NCBI GenBank assembly: GCA_045637205.1
Contig: JAZTYY010000082.1
Span: 8,822 to 72,821, forward strand
Length of the DNA stretch: 64,000 nt
Direction: 5' to 3'
Origin: Eubacteriales bacterium
GTDB lineage: Bacteria; Bacillota; Clostridia; Oscillospirales; CAG-272
The notes under the pieces were generated by a model. It saw only the letters and a list, made by a program, of their open reading frames with translations. It searched no databases and was not told where the DNA came from. This document shows, one piece after another, positions 1 to 9,376 of the stretch. The translations under genes were made by a program, and so were the position numbers. Each line of letters opens with the position of its first letter. The first letter of the stretch is position 1.

Positions 1-1792
1 CGGGATCCATACCAAGCTTTGCGGGAATATATTCACCCATATCACTTGCCTTGCAATTATCGAACTCGTTTACGCGAGTTTTAAACACCTTGCACTGATC
101 GGTGAAGATAATAAGCTCTGCAAGTGTGTCGGTGAATTCATAAAATACCACCTTATCTCCGTCCTTAACCTTTTGCTCGTCATTACCGCGCAATGATTGG
201 GGAGTAATGCGCTTGAAGTAGCCTTCCTTGGTCATATAGATGTGAACATCGCTCTTTTCAAGGTGCTCCTCATGAACGTATTCAACAACCTCGCCCTCGT
301 CCATAATCATGGAAACGCGAGGCTTACCGTATTTCTTCTTAATCTCAGCAAGCTGCTTTGAAATGTAAGCCTTAAGCTTAAGCTCGTCAGCAAGAATTTC
401 TTCAATTTGAGCAATTTCCTGTTGAAGTCCTTCAATTTCACTGATTCTATTGAGAAGGAATTCACGGTTGAGGTTACGGAGCTTGATTTCAGCAATATAG
501 TTTGCCTGAAGCTCGTCGATAGAGAAGCCCTTCATAAGGTTGGGAACAACGTCACTATCTTTTTCAGTTCCGCGAATGATTGCAATTGCCTTATCAATGT
601 CAAGCAAGATTCTTCCAAGACCCATAAGAAGATGGAGCTTATCCTTTTTCTTCTTCAAATCGAAGTTGAGCTCACGGCGGCAGCAATTCATTCTGAATCT
701 AATCCACTCAGTGAGAATTTCAACAACGCCCATTTGTCTTGGTGAGCCGTCGATAAGCACGTTGAAGTTACACTTAAAGCTATCCTCAAGGGGGGTCATC
801 TTATAAAGACGAGTCATGAGCTTTTCAGGGTCAGTACCGCGGCGCAAGTCAAGTGTTAGCTTAAAGCCTGAAAGGTCGATTTCATCACGGAAGTCAACGA
901 TTTCTTTAACCTTGCCCTCCTTGATAAGCTCGGTGAGCTTTTTCATAATAAGCTCAATTGACGTTGAGTAGGGAATTTGAATAATATCTATACAGTTATT
1001 TGCCTTATCGTAAACGTATCTTGCACGGATTTTTACCGATCCGGAGCCCGTTTCATAGATTTGGCGCATAGTTTCACGGTTATAAACTATAGTACCACCA
1101 CCGGGGAAGTCGGGGGCTTTAACTATGTCAAGTATCTTTTCAACGCTTGTTTTTGGGTTTTTAAGAATAGCTATAGTTGCATCGCAAATTTCTGCCAAGT
1201 TGAATGAGCAAATTTCACTTGCCATACCAACGGCAATACCCTTATTTGGTGTAACAAGCACATTGGGGAATGAGGTGGGAAGCAAAACGGGCTCTTGCAT
1301 TGAGCCGTCATAGTTGTCAATAAAGTCGACAGCATTCTTATCAATGCCACGGAAAAGCTCTGCACAGAAGGGGTCAAGCTTTGCCTCAGTATAACGGCTT
1401 GCCGCATATTTCATTTCGGATGAATATTGCTTACCAAAGCTACCCTTTGAGTCAACAAGAGGATGAAGCAATGCTTCGTGTCCCTTGGTAAGACGTACCA
1501 TGGTTTCATAGATTGCCGCATCACCGTGTGGGTGGAGCTTCATCGTTGAACCAACAATATTTGCACTCTTACTTCTCGCACCCGTAAGAAGTCCCATTTT
1601 ATACATAGTATAAAGGAGCTTTCTGTGTGAGGGCTTAAGACCGTCAATTTCAGGGATTGCACGCGCAACGATTACGCTCATAACATAGGGCATATAGTTT
1701 TTTTCTATAGTTTCGGTTATGGGCTGTGGTATTGCGGGCTTATGTATTATTTCTTTTGGTTCTATAGCTTTTTTACTGCTTTTTCTAGCCAT
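1..1792 (-). CDS. Type IIA DNA topoisomerase subunit A (GyrA/ParC family), 3' end cut by the window edge
   Basis: It is absent from the ORF track because it runs off the window. Manual translation from the ATG at 1792-1790 gives MARKSSKK..YMPYVMSVIVARAIPEIDGLKPSHRKLLYTMYKMG..KLHPHGDAAIYETMVRL..AASRYTEAKL (catalytic Tyr context), and the frame stays open to position 1. Confidence 0.9.
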   Translation of the reverse strand, partial: MARKSSKKAIEPKEIIHKPAIPQPITETIEKNYMPYVMSVIVARAIPEIDGLKPSHRKLLYTMYKMGLLTGARSKSANIVGSTMKLHPHGDAAIYETMVRLTKGHEALLHPLVDSKGSFGKQYSSEMKYAASRYTEAKLDPFCAELFRGIDKNAVDFIDNYDGSMQEPVLLPTSFPNVLVTPNKGIAVGMASEICSFNLAEICDATIAILKNPKTSVEKILDIVKAPDFPGGGTIVYNRETMRQIYETGSGSVKIRARYVYDKANNCIDIIQIPYSTSIELIMKKLTELIKEGKVKEIVDFRDEIDLSGFKLTLDLRRGTDPEKLMTRLYKMTPLEDSFKCNFNVLIDGSPRQMGVVEILTEWIRFRMNCCRRELNFDLKKKKDKLHLLMGLGRILLDIDKAIAIIRGTEKDSDVVPNLMKGFSIDELQANYIAEIKLRNLNREFLLNRISEIEGLQQEIAQIEEILADELKLKAYISKQLAEIKKKYGKPRVSMIMDEGEVVEYVHEEHLEKSDVHIYMTKEGYFKRITPQSLRGNDEQKVKDGDKVVFYEFTDTLAELIIFTDQCKVFKTRVNEFDNCKASDMGEYIPAKLGMDP

Positions 1793-1820
1793 TTTTAGTG
1801 TCCTTTTCTAAGTTGGTGTA

Positions 1821-2852
1821 TTAAACCTTCTTTATTGTGTGCGCCGCAGCGCGAATCATTCTGTTATAAAGCGCAAGTCCAAGTCCGTCAAGTGAAGGCA
1901 GATGCGCATAAATTTTTGTAGCTCCGAGCTTGTCTGCTTCACGAAGTGAGGTAAAAAGCTTCTTTGCCTGTGTGTTCAAGTCATCCTTTGCACCAATGCA
2001 AATGGATAGGGAAGCATCAAGTGAAGAAACTTCCTCGTCATAGCAAAGCACGGCACAGTTGTTTTTTTGCTCAGCTTTCATGAATTCAAGCACGTCATAA
2101 TAATTTCCGTCAAGCAAGACAAAGTCAGCACTTGGCGCATAGTGACGGTATTTCATGCCGGGAGAGAGAGGCTTTTCGTTTTCCGCAAGCTTTTCAAGCA
2201 CCGCGGGTGCAATTTTAACGTTATCGCAAACGCAACAAAGTGCGTCATACGTAATCCCACCCGGACGAAGCAGGGTAAGGCACTCGCCATCAATCTTGAC
2301 AATAGTCGATTCAAGACCAATCTCACATTCACCGCCGTCGATAATCATATCAACTCTGCCGTCCATATCTTCAACGACGTATTTAGCATCGGTTGGTGAT
2401 GGACGTCCTGAAATATTGGCACTTGGTGCTGCAATCGGTACTCCACACTCCACAATAAGAGCATGTGCTATCGGATGTGAGGGGCAACGTATTGCTACGG
2501 TATCAAGTCCGCCTGTAACCGAGAGGGGAATGCAATCTTTTTTGGGCATAATTACCGTCAAGGGCCCTGGCATAAACGCCTCAGCCAAACGGTAATAAAC
2601 CTCACTTACGAATGCATATTTTTCAGCATCCTTCGGGCGTGCGATGTGAATAATAAGGGGATTATCACTCGGTCTGCCCTTGGCGGCATAGATTTTTTTA
2701 GCTGCATCGGCTAAAAGTCCATTTCCGCCAAGTCCATAGACCGTTTCAGTTGGAAAGACCACAAGACCACCGTCAAGAATTATTTTTGACGCAACCTTAA
2801 GGTCATTGCCATATTCAGTTTTGTCATTAATTCTTACAATCTTTGTGTCCAT
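1821..2852 (-). CDS. tsaC: L-threonylcarbamoyladenylate synthase (Sua5/YwlC/TsaC family, long form)
   Basis: 343 aa. The N-terminal YrdC-like motif is GGLVVFPTETVYGLGGN..KGRPSDNPLIIH, with a Sua5 C-terminal extension. It lies downstream of prfA, as in Bacillus. Confidence 0.9.
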   Translation of the reverse strand: MDTKIVRINDKTEYGNDLKVASKIILDGGLVVFPTETVYGLGGNGLLADAAKKIYAAKGRPSDNPLIIHIARPKDAEKYAFVSEVYYRLAEAFMPGPLTVIMPKKDCIPLSVTGGLDTVAIRCPSHPIAHALIVECGVPIAAPSANISGRPSPTDAKYVVEDMDGRVDMIIDGGECEIGLESTIVKIDGECLTLLRPGGITYDALCCVCDNVKIAPAVLEKLAENEKPLSPGMKYRHYAPSADFVLLDGNYYDVLEFMKAEQKNNCAVLCYDEEVSSLDASLSICIGAKDDLNTQAKKLFTSLREADKLGATKIYAHLPSLDGLGLALYNRMIRAAAHTIKKV

Positions 2853-2858
2853 AATTTA

Positions 2859-3929
2859 TTAGTTTTGAGTTGAATTTTTAAGCTTTTCGGCTGTATCGGC
2901 TGTGATTAGTGCATCAATCATATCGTCGATATCACCGTTGACAAAGTTTTCAAGTGAGTGTGTTGTAAATCCGATTCTGTGGTCGGTTATACGACTTTGG
3001 GGATAGTTATATGTTCTAATTTTTTCACTTCTCGCACCCGTACCAACCTGTAGCTTTCTATCGGATGAGATTTTTTCATCCTGCTCCTGCTGTTTAATAT
3101 CAAGGAGCTTAGTGCGAAGCATCTTAAGTGCTTTATCCTTATTCTTAAGCTGACTTCTTTCTTCCTGACACCAAACCACAATACCCGTGGGCTTGTGATA
3201 AATACGAATAGCGGATTCGGTTTTGTTGATGTGCTGACCACCTGCACCACTCGATTTACAAGTTTCGATAACGAGGTCGGCAGGGTTAAGCTCAACGTCT
3301 ACGTCCTCGGCCTCAGGGAGAACTGCAACGGTTACGGTAGAGGTTTGAATTCTACCCTGTGATTCAGTTTCAGGCACTCTTTGAACGCGGTGAACACCAC
3401 TTTCAAATTTAAAGCGAGAATATGCACCCTCACCCTCAACCATAAAGCAAATTTCTTTGTATCCACCAAGCTCGGTTTCATTGCAGGATACGATGCTTGT
3501 GCGAAAATTTGTTTTATCTGCATACATTGTATACATTCGGTAGAGAACACCTGCAAAGAGGGCTGCTTCTTCACCACCTGCACCTGCACGAATTTCAATG
3601 ATAACGTTTTTGCTGTCATTGGGATCTTTCGGAAGAAGCAAAATTTTGAGCTCTTCAAAGAGAGTAACGCTCTTGTCCTTGCAAATTGAAATCTCCTCTT
3701 GAATCATTTCCTTCATATCGGGGTCAACATCATCAAGCATTTCAAATGCATCGGCGAGCTCCTGCTCATTCTTTTTATATTCTCTAAATTTTGTGATAAC
3801 GGGGGTTAAGGAATTGTACTCTTTAATTCTTTTAGTAAATTCCGTGGGATTTGCCGCAATTTCGGGGTCGTTCATCTCACCCTCAATCTGAATATATCTT
3901 TGCTCGGCAAAATTAAGTTTATTAAGCAT
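2859..3929 (-). CDS. prfA: Peptide chain release factor 1
   Basis: 356 aa. The GGQ motif (SSGAGGQHINKTESAIRI) and an RF1-type PxT tripeptide context (RVPETESQGRIQTST) are present. Confidence 0.95.
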   Translation of the reverse strand: MLNKLNFAEQRYIQIEGEMNDPEIAANPTEFTKRIKEYNSLTPVITKFREYKKNEQELADAFEMLDDVDPDMKEMIQEEISICKDKSVTLFEELKILLLPKDPNDSKNVIIEIRAGAGGEEAALFAGVLYRMYTMYADKTNFRTSIVSCNETELGGYKEICFMVEGEGAYSRFKFESGVHRVQRVPETESQGRIQTSTVTVAVLPEAEDVDVELNPADLVIETCKSSGAGGQHINKTESAIRIYHKPTGIVVWCQEERSQLKNKDKALKMLRTKLLDIKQQEQDEKISSDRKLQVGTGARSEKIRTYNYPQSRITDHRIGFTTHSLENFVNGDIDDMIDALITADTAEKLKNSTQN

Positions 3930-3986
3930 TTATTTTATAGTCCTTTCTTGAATTTTAGTCATTATGTCTTTTTTTGGACTTGTCAA

Positions 3987-5369
3987 CTAAAATTTGCAGA
4001 AAGCACAGAAAGCTCTGTAAGCTTCGTAAAGGTCAACCTTTGAAATAACCTCGAAGGGAGCATGCATTGCAATTACGGGCACACCAAGGTCAACAACATC
4101 GATGTTGTGCATTGAAATGTATTTAGCAACTGTTCCGCCGCCGCCAACGTCAACTCTGCCAAGCTCACCTGCCTGCCAAATAACACCGTATTCAGCCATT
4201 GCCTGACGAACAAAGCCTATGAATTCAGCGTGAGCATCGTTAGTGCCACCCTTACCGCGAGAGCCTGTGTACTTTGTAAGAACTACGCCACATGAGAGAA
4301 GGGCGGAGTTTCTCTTTTCAAACACTTCAGCAAAGTTGGGGTCGTAAGCAGCAGAAACGTCAGCTGAAAGACACTTTGAGTTAGCGCGAACAACTCTTGG
4401 GTTAGCACCGCGAGAGATTGCGATTTCTTCAATAAGATCCATCATAAAGTCACACTGCATACCTGTGTTACCGTCGGAGCCTGTTTCCTCCTTGTCGGCA
4501 AGAATGCACATAAGTGTGTGCTTTGAGTCAGCGCAATCAATAATTGCCTTAAGAGCAGGATATGCACAAACTCTGTCATCGTGACCGTAAGCACCAATCA
4601 TAGAACGGTCAAGACCAACGTCACGAGCCTTTTGAGCAGGAACGATTGAAAGCTCAGCAGTAAGGAAGTCCTCTTCAATAATGCCGTACTTTTCGTTAAG
4701 AATCTTCATTGTATTGAGCTTAATTGCATTGTCCTCGTTGCCAAGGGGTCTGCTTCCGATAAGGATGTTAAGCTTTTCACCTTCAATAGCAGAGCCCAAG
4801 GGCTTTGTGTTGTAGTTAGCAGAAAGGTGGGGAAGAAGATCGTTTATGTAGAGAACAGGATCGTTATCATCTTCACCGATAACAACGTTAACACTTGTTC
4901 CGTCAGCCTTAACAACAACGCCGTGGAGAGCCAAGGGAGTTGCAAGCCACTGATATTTACGAACACCGCCGTAGTAGTGAGTTTTAAGGAAGCTCATGCC
5001 TTCGTCTTCATAAAGGGGTACGGGCTTAATGTCAAGTCTTGGGGAGTCGATGTGAGCCGCAGAAATACGAATGCCGTTTTCAACGTCCTCGCTACCGATT
5101 GTGAAAAGGAAGAGATTCTTGCCTCTGTTGTTATAGTAGCACTTGTCACCAACGTTCAACTTTTGGCCGAGTGTATAGGGCTTGAAGCCGTTTGCTTCAG
5201 CAATAATGATTGCAGCATCAACTGCCTCGCGCTCGGTCTTACCGTCGTCAAGATATTTCATGTAGTCAACTGCGAATGCATATGCATCGTCAATTGCCTC
5301 GGGTGTTGCCTTTTCATATACGCTTTGCTTTTTGTAGAAAAGCTGTTCTTTAAGTTCTTTTGTTTCCAT
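3987..5369 (-). CDS. M18-family aminopeptidase
   Basis: 460 aa. It carries an AHIDSPRLD motif and GHDDRVC and ADKEETGS metal-site contexts typical of M18/M42-like aminopeptidases. An AAAGGAA RBS precedes the ATG. Confidence 0.8.
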   Translation of the reverse strand: METKELKEQLFYKKQSVYEKATPEAIDDAYAFAVDYMKYLDDGKTEREAVDAAIIIAEANGFKPYTLGQKLNVGDKCYYNNRGKNLFLFTIGSEDVENGIRISAAHIDSPRLDIKPVPLYEDEGMSFLKTHYYGGVRKYQWLATPLALHGVVVKADGTSVNVVIGEDDNDPVLYINDLLPHLSANYNTKPLGSAIEGEKLNILIGSRPLGNEDNAIKLNTMKILNEKYGIIEEDFLTAELSIVPAQKARDVGLDRSMIGAYGHDDRVCAYPALKAIIDCADSKHTLMCILADKEETGSDGNTGMQCDFMMDLIEEIAISRGANPRVVRANSKCLSADVSAAYDPNFAEVFEKRNSALLSCGVVLTKYTGSRGKGGTNDAHAEFIGFVRQAMAEYGVIWQAGELGRVDVGGGGTVAKYISMHNIDVVDLGVPVIAMHAPFEVISKVDLYEAYRAFCAFCKF

Positions 5370-5384
5370 AGTTTTATATTCCTT

Positions 5385-5948
5385 TCAATTTTTATACAAT
5401 TCTTTATATTTTTCCCAGTGATGCATCACTTTTTTAACGTAATTTCTTGTTTCTTCAACGGGAATGGAGTCATAGTCACCATCGGTATATCCCACGTCGT
5501 TCAAAAAGTCACTGAAATTACCCTCACCCCAGTTGTAGGCTATAATTGCCTTTTCCCAAGAGCCGAAGCGTGAATAGAGATATTGAAGATAATATGTTCC
5601 GTATTTTATATTCGTTTCGGGATCATATAGACCATCTTGCCAATATTCATCCCCAAGCTTTGTGGTTAACCACTTGTAGGTGGAGGGGAGCATTTGCATA
5701 AGTCCAATCGCACCTGCTGAGCTTTCAACGTTTGGATCAAAATTGCTTTCAACCTTAATCACTGCAAAAACCAATTCCTTTGGCACTGCATATTCTTCGG
5801 CATATTTTGTAACCAATTGGTGATATTTTTCGGGGTAAATCCACGTGTAAACAAGGTCTATCAAAGCATTGCCAATAACACCCAAAAGCAAAGAAAGAAC
5901 AAGAATTATGATGAATACGCGAGCATCCTTCTTTTTTACTGTTCTCAT
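5385..5948 (-). CDS. Membrane-anchored lytic transglycosylase (SLT/GH23 domain)
   Basis: 187 aa. There is an N-terminal TM segment and the SLT catalytic motif VIKVESNFDPNVESSAGAIGLMQ. It overlaps the coaE stop by 4 nt (ATGA). Confidence 0.85.
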   Translation of the reverse strand: MRTVKKKDARVFIIILVLSLLLGVIGNALIDLVYTWIYPEKYHQLVTKYAEEYAVPKELVFAVIKVESNFDPNVESSAGAIGLMQMLPSTYKWLTTKLGDEYWQDGLYDPETNIKYGTYYLQYLYSRFGSWEKAIIAYNWGEGNFSDFLNDVGYTDGDYDSIPVEETRNYVKKVMHHWEKYKELYKN

Positions 5949-6559
5949 CTAATGATTATATCCTCCTGCTCGAAAATGGAGTCAAGCTGCTCCTCCATAT
6001 CTTCAGTAGTGTTGGAGTTGTCTATGTAATAATCACTGTGCTCAATGAAAAAGCTATCCTCGGGCTGTGCATTTATTCTTGCAAGTGCTTTTTCACGGTC
6101 AATGTTATCGCGAGCCATGATTCGTTCTATTCTTATTTCCTTGTCGCAAAGAACTGAAATAATGAAGTCGCACGCGCCGATGAATATGTCTGATGAGAAG
6201 AGCGCGGGCGCATCTATTACTGCGACCTTTTTGCCCTTGTCCATATATTCTGTCAAAATCGCGTTTGTTCTTTCCCAAACGTACTTGTGAGTAATTTCAT
6301 TCAAAATTGCAAGATTTTCTTTTGCAGCCTCACCCTCAAAAACGAGAAGTGCAAGGGCCTTTCTATCAAGCGCGCCATCATTATTCACAATGGATGAGCC
6401 GAATGCCTCCTTAAGCTCGTCAATACATGGGGAGGGGGAATCTGTTAAGGAGTGATAAATATCGTCGGTGTTAATGCATGGAATTTTTAACTCTTCAAAT
6501 CTTTGACAAAGAGTGCTTTTTCCGGCACCTGATGGGCCAGTAAGTCCAATAATTTTCAT
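5945..6559 (-). CDS. coaE: Dephospho-CoA kinase
   Basis: 204 aa. The P-loop is GLTGPSGAGKST and the layout is CoaE-like. Confidence 0.9.
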   Translation of the reverse strand: MKIIGLTGPSGAGKSTLCQRFEELKIPCINTDDIYHSLTDSPSPCIDELKEAFGSSIVNNDGALDRKALALLVFEGEAAKENLAILNEITHKYVWERTNAILTEYMDKGKKVAVIDAPALFSSDIFIGACDFIISVLCDKEIRIERIMARDNIDREKALARINAQPEDSFFIEHSDYYIDNSNTTEDMEEQLDSIFEQEDIIIR

Positions 6560-6682
6560 CTATACCTCCCAAAAACAAAATCATAAAAATAGTCATTTTA
6601 TATTATAACTCAAAATTTCGAATTATGCAAGTGATTTCTAATATAATTTTATATAAATATATAACAAATTTTCAAAATTGCA

Positions 6683-6711
6683 TTGAAAAAGCGCACAATG
6701 TGTTGTATAAT
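6683..6711 (+). promoter_or_regulatory. Sigma-A type promoter for the HAD hydrolase gene
   Basis: TTGAAA (6683-6688), 17-nt spacer, then TGnTATAAT with TATAAT at 6706-6711. Confidence 0.6.
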
Positions 6712-6741
6712 AAACTGAATAAGTATATTTGGAGTGAATGT

Positions 6742-7425
6742 ATGAAATACGAATTTTTGCTTTTTGATGCCGACCACACACTTTTCGACTTTAATAAGAG
6801 TGAATATTTCGCACTTAAGGAGGCACTTGAGTTTTACTCATTGCCAAGCACGGACGACGTTATTGAAAGATACAGTGTTATTAATGTGAAGTATTGGAAG
6901 ATGCTTGAGAGGGGCGAGATTGACAAGAAGAGCTTGATGCTTGCGCGCTTTGTTGAGTTTGCACGTGAATACGGATTTGAGGATAAGGCTGCGGCACTCT
7001 CAGACCTTTATATGTCGAACCTTGCACATGAGGCACACCTCTTTGACGGCGCTTTGGAGATGGTTGAAAAATTATCAAAAAAATATAGATTATTTGTCAT
7101 TACAAACGGCGTTAAATCCACCCAGGACGGTCGCTTTGGTCTTTCCCCCATAACGAAATATTTTGAGAAGATTTTTATCTCTGAGGTAATTGGGGCAGAG
7201 AAGCCAAGCAAGGTGTTTTTTGATGCTGTGGCAAACGGAATTGAAGGATTTGTGCCTGAAAAGGCTATAGTTATTGGGGATTCGCTCTCAAGTGATATCA
7301 AGGGGGCAATCAATTCTTCACTTGATTGCATTTGGTATAATCCCAATAGCAAAGAAGCACCAAAGGACTATAATATAACGTATACTGTTAAGAGCTTTGA
7401 CGAAATTTTGGAAATTTTGGATTAA
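6742..7425 (+). CDS. HAD-superfamily hydrolase (YjjG-like nucleotidase subfamily)
   Basis: The HAD motif I is LLFDADHTLFDF, followed later by ITNG and GDSLSSDIKGA. I chose the ATG at 6742 (GGAG RBS at 6731) over the ORF-track start at 6625. Confidence 0.8.
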   Translation: MKYEFLLFDADHTLFDFNKSEYFALKEALEFYSLPSTDDVIERYSVINVKYWKMLERGEIDKKSLMLARFVEFAREYGFEDKAAALSDLYMSNLAHEAHLFDGALEMVEKLSKKYRLFVITNGVKSTQDGRFGLSPITKYFEKIFISEVIGAEKPSKVFFDAVANGIEGFVPEKAIVIGDSLSSDIKGAINSSLDCIWYNPNSKEAPKDYNITYTVKSFDEILEILD

Positions 7426-7442
7426 AGAAAGGATTGATTGTT

Positions 7443-8351
7443 GTGAACGAAATTATCAATTTTTTGAAGATTGAAAATATAGATTTTGAAGAAAACGTTG
7501 AAGGAAAAAGACTTTGTTCCTTCCACGTTGGTGGCAACGTTAGATTGGTTGTAAGACCCAAAACCGCAGGTGAATTTGAAGTTCTTTACGATTATCTTTT
7601 GGAAAATCAAATCAAGAATATTTTGCTTGGCAGGGGTACAAACATAGTTATCTCCGATGAGGGATATGACGGTGTTGTTGTGTCACTTAGTGCGCTTTCA
7701 AGAGTGGATATTGACGTTGCCGATGACAATTGTATCGTGGCAGGCGCCGGTGTATCAATGCGTGGACTTGCAAATTTTGCTTGTGAAAATGGACTTACAG
7801 GTCTTGAATTTGCGCACGGAATTCCCGGCAGTGTGGGTGGCGGTGTGTATATGAATGCAGGCGCTTACGGTGGTGAAATTGCAAACGTGCTTGTAAGCTG
7901 CTTGGTTTTTGATATGATTTCGGGCAAAATCTTCCTTTTGTACGGAGACGAGTGCGATTATTCATATAGACATAGCATTTTTATGAAAAACAAAAACCTT
8001 GTGGTCCTTTTTGCAACCTTTGAATTGAGTGAGGGTGATCCCGACGAAATCAAGGCAAGAATGGACGAATTAAAGGCAAAAAGGGTGGCAAGTCAGCCAC
8101 TTGAATACCCAAGTGCAGGTAGCACGTTCAAGCGCCCTGAGGGTTATTTTGCAGGTAAGCTTATTGAAGATTCAGGACTCAAGGGCTACACAATTGGTGG
8201 TGCTCAGGTAAGTGAAAAGCACGCGGGATTTGTTGTAAATCGCGGAGATGCAACTGCTGAGGATATCAAAAATTTAGTTGCACACATACAAAACACAGTT
8301 AAAGAAAAATTTGACGTTTCACTTGAATGTGAAATTGAATTTGTGGAGTAA
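7443..8351 (+). CDS. murB: UDP-N-acetylenolpyruvoylglucosamine reductase
   Basis: Motifs present are FHVGGNV, GRGTNI, the FAD-binding fold and a C-terminal SAGSTFKRP. The start is uncertain: GTG at 7443 has better AAGGA spacing than TTG at 7434. Confidence 0.9.
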   Translation: MNEIINFLKIENIDFEENVEGKRLCSFHVGGNVRLVVRPKTAGEFEVLYDYLLENQIKNILLGRGTNIVISDEGYDGVVVSLSALSRVDIDVADDNCIVAGAGVSMRGLANFACENGLTGLEFAHGIPGSVGGGVYMNAGAYGGEIANVLVSCLVFDMISGKIFLLYGDECDYSYRHSIFMKNKNLVVLFATFELSEGDPDEIKARMDELKAKRVASQPLEYPSAGSTFKRPEGYFAGKLIEDSGLKGYTIGGAQVSEKHAGFVVNRGDATAEDIKNLVAHIQNTVKEKFDVSLECEIEFVE

Positions 8352-8353
8352 AA

Positions 8354-9253
8354 ATGGCTTTTTCAGAGGACATAAAAAGAGAATTTATAGAGGAAATTCC
8401 TCACAAAACCTGTTGTCGACGCGCGCTTGCATACGGCTTGCTTTTTGATTCCTTTATTGACGGTGATACAGTTTATATTGATACGTCTACAAACGAATAT
8501 GCGGATTTTTATAAGCGCGTTTTTGAACGTCAGTTTTCAAAGGAAGTCACAATTTCACCTGTCAAAAAGGCAGGCAGGGACTATTATCGCGTGTCATTTT
8601 GCTTTCCCTCGATGGCAAAAAAGGTTGCTGTCTTAGATAAGAGTGGTGCCGGAATTAAAGATTATATGGAATTCAAATGCAATTTTTGTAGAATGAATTT
8701 TGTTCGTGGAATCTTCATTTCGCGCGCAACAATCACCTTTTCAGCAGGCAGTAACCATCTTGAATTTCGCATTCAGCATGCTGAAAGAGCAAAGATTTTG
8801 ACTGAATTTCTTACGGCTTGTAAGATTGGGCCTAAAATTGTTGCAAGACGAAATGCATACGGAATTTATTATAAAAAGGCTGATAGAATTGAGGATGTAC
8901 TCAACTTGATGCAGGCAAATAATGCCTTTTTTGAGGTAATGAATAGACGAATCGAACGCGATATTATCGTTCAAGAAAATAGAGCCGTTAACTGTGAATC
9001 AGTTAATATTGCTAAGTCGGTTGCAACAGCTCAAAAGCAGCTTCGCGCCATAGAAATTATTCAAAATGCAGGGTTGCTTGAAAAGATAGGACATGAGCTT
9101 ACAGAAAGCGCAAAGCTGCGCCTTGAAAATCACTCAGCATCTCTTTCCGAGCTTGCCTCAATGCACGAGCCACCTATTACAAAATCAACCTTAAATAACC
9201 GCTTTGCAAAAATTATGCAAATGGCTGAGAATATTGCAAGTAGAAAAAAATAG
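8354..9253 (+). CDS. whiA: DNA-binding sporulation/cell-division regulator WhiA
   Basis: 299 aa. It has a LAGLIDADG-like middle region and a C-terminal HTH (ITKSTLNNRFAKI). The N-terminus is WhiA-typical (KTCCRRALAYGLL). Confidence 0.9.
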   Translation: MAFSEDIKREFIEEIPHKTCCRRALAYGLLFDSFIDGDTVYIDTSTNEYADFYKRVFERQFSKEVTISPVKKAGRDYYRVSFCFPSMAKKVAVLDKSGAGIKDYMEFKCNFCRMNFVRGIFISRATITFSAGSNHLEFRIQHAERAKILTEFLTACKIGPKIVARRNAYGIYYKKADRIEDVLNLMQANNAFFEVMNRRIERDIIVQENRAVNCESVNIAKSVATAQKQLRAIEIIQNAGLLEKIGHELTESAKLRLENHSASLSELASMHEPPITKSTLNNRFAKIMQMAENIASRKK

Positions 9254-9302
9254 CTTACTGTGCTTGCGCATCACAATCTGCGCGAAATTTATATATTAAT
9301 TT

Positions 9303-9357
9303 GTTTAAAGATTTTCTAGGCGTGGGGTGGTTTTTCAAAAAAGCCCCACATAAACTA
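9303..9357 (+). repeat. Copy 1 of a ~55-nt intergenic repeat containing a GTGGGG/CCCCAC hairpin
   Basis: The sequence gtttaaagattttctaggcgtggggtggtttttcaaaaaagccccacataaacta is near-identical to 53344-53405 on the same strand. Confidence 0.6.
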
Positions 9358-9376
9358 ACTATGAAAGGAGAACACC

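Noticed and set aside
2067-5573. Long antisense ORFs inside tsaC, prfA and the aminopeptidase gene, for example 4827-5573 (248 aa) and 2155-2595
   Set aside because: They lie opposite well-supported conserved genes, have low-complexity or odd composition, and carry no motifs or RBS.
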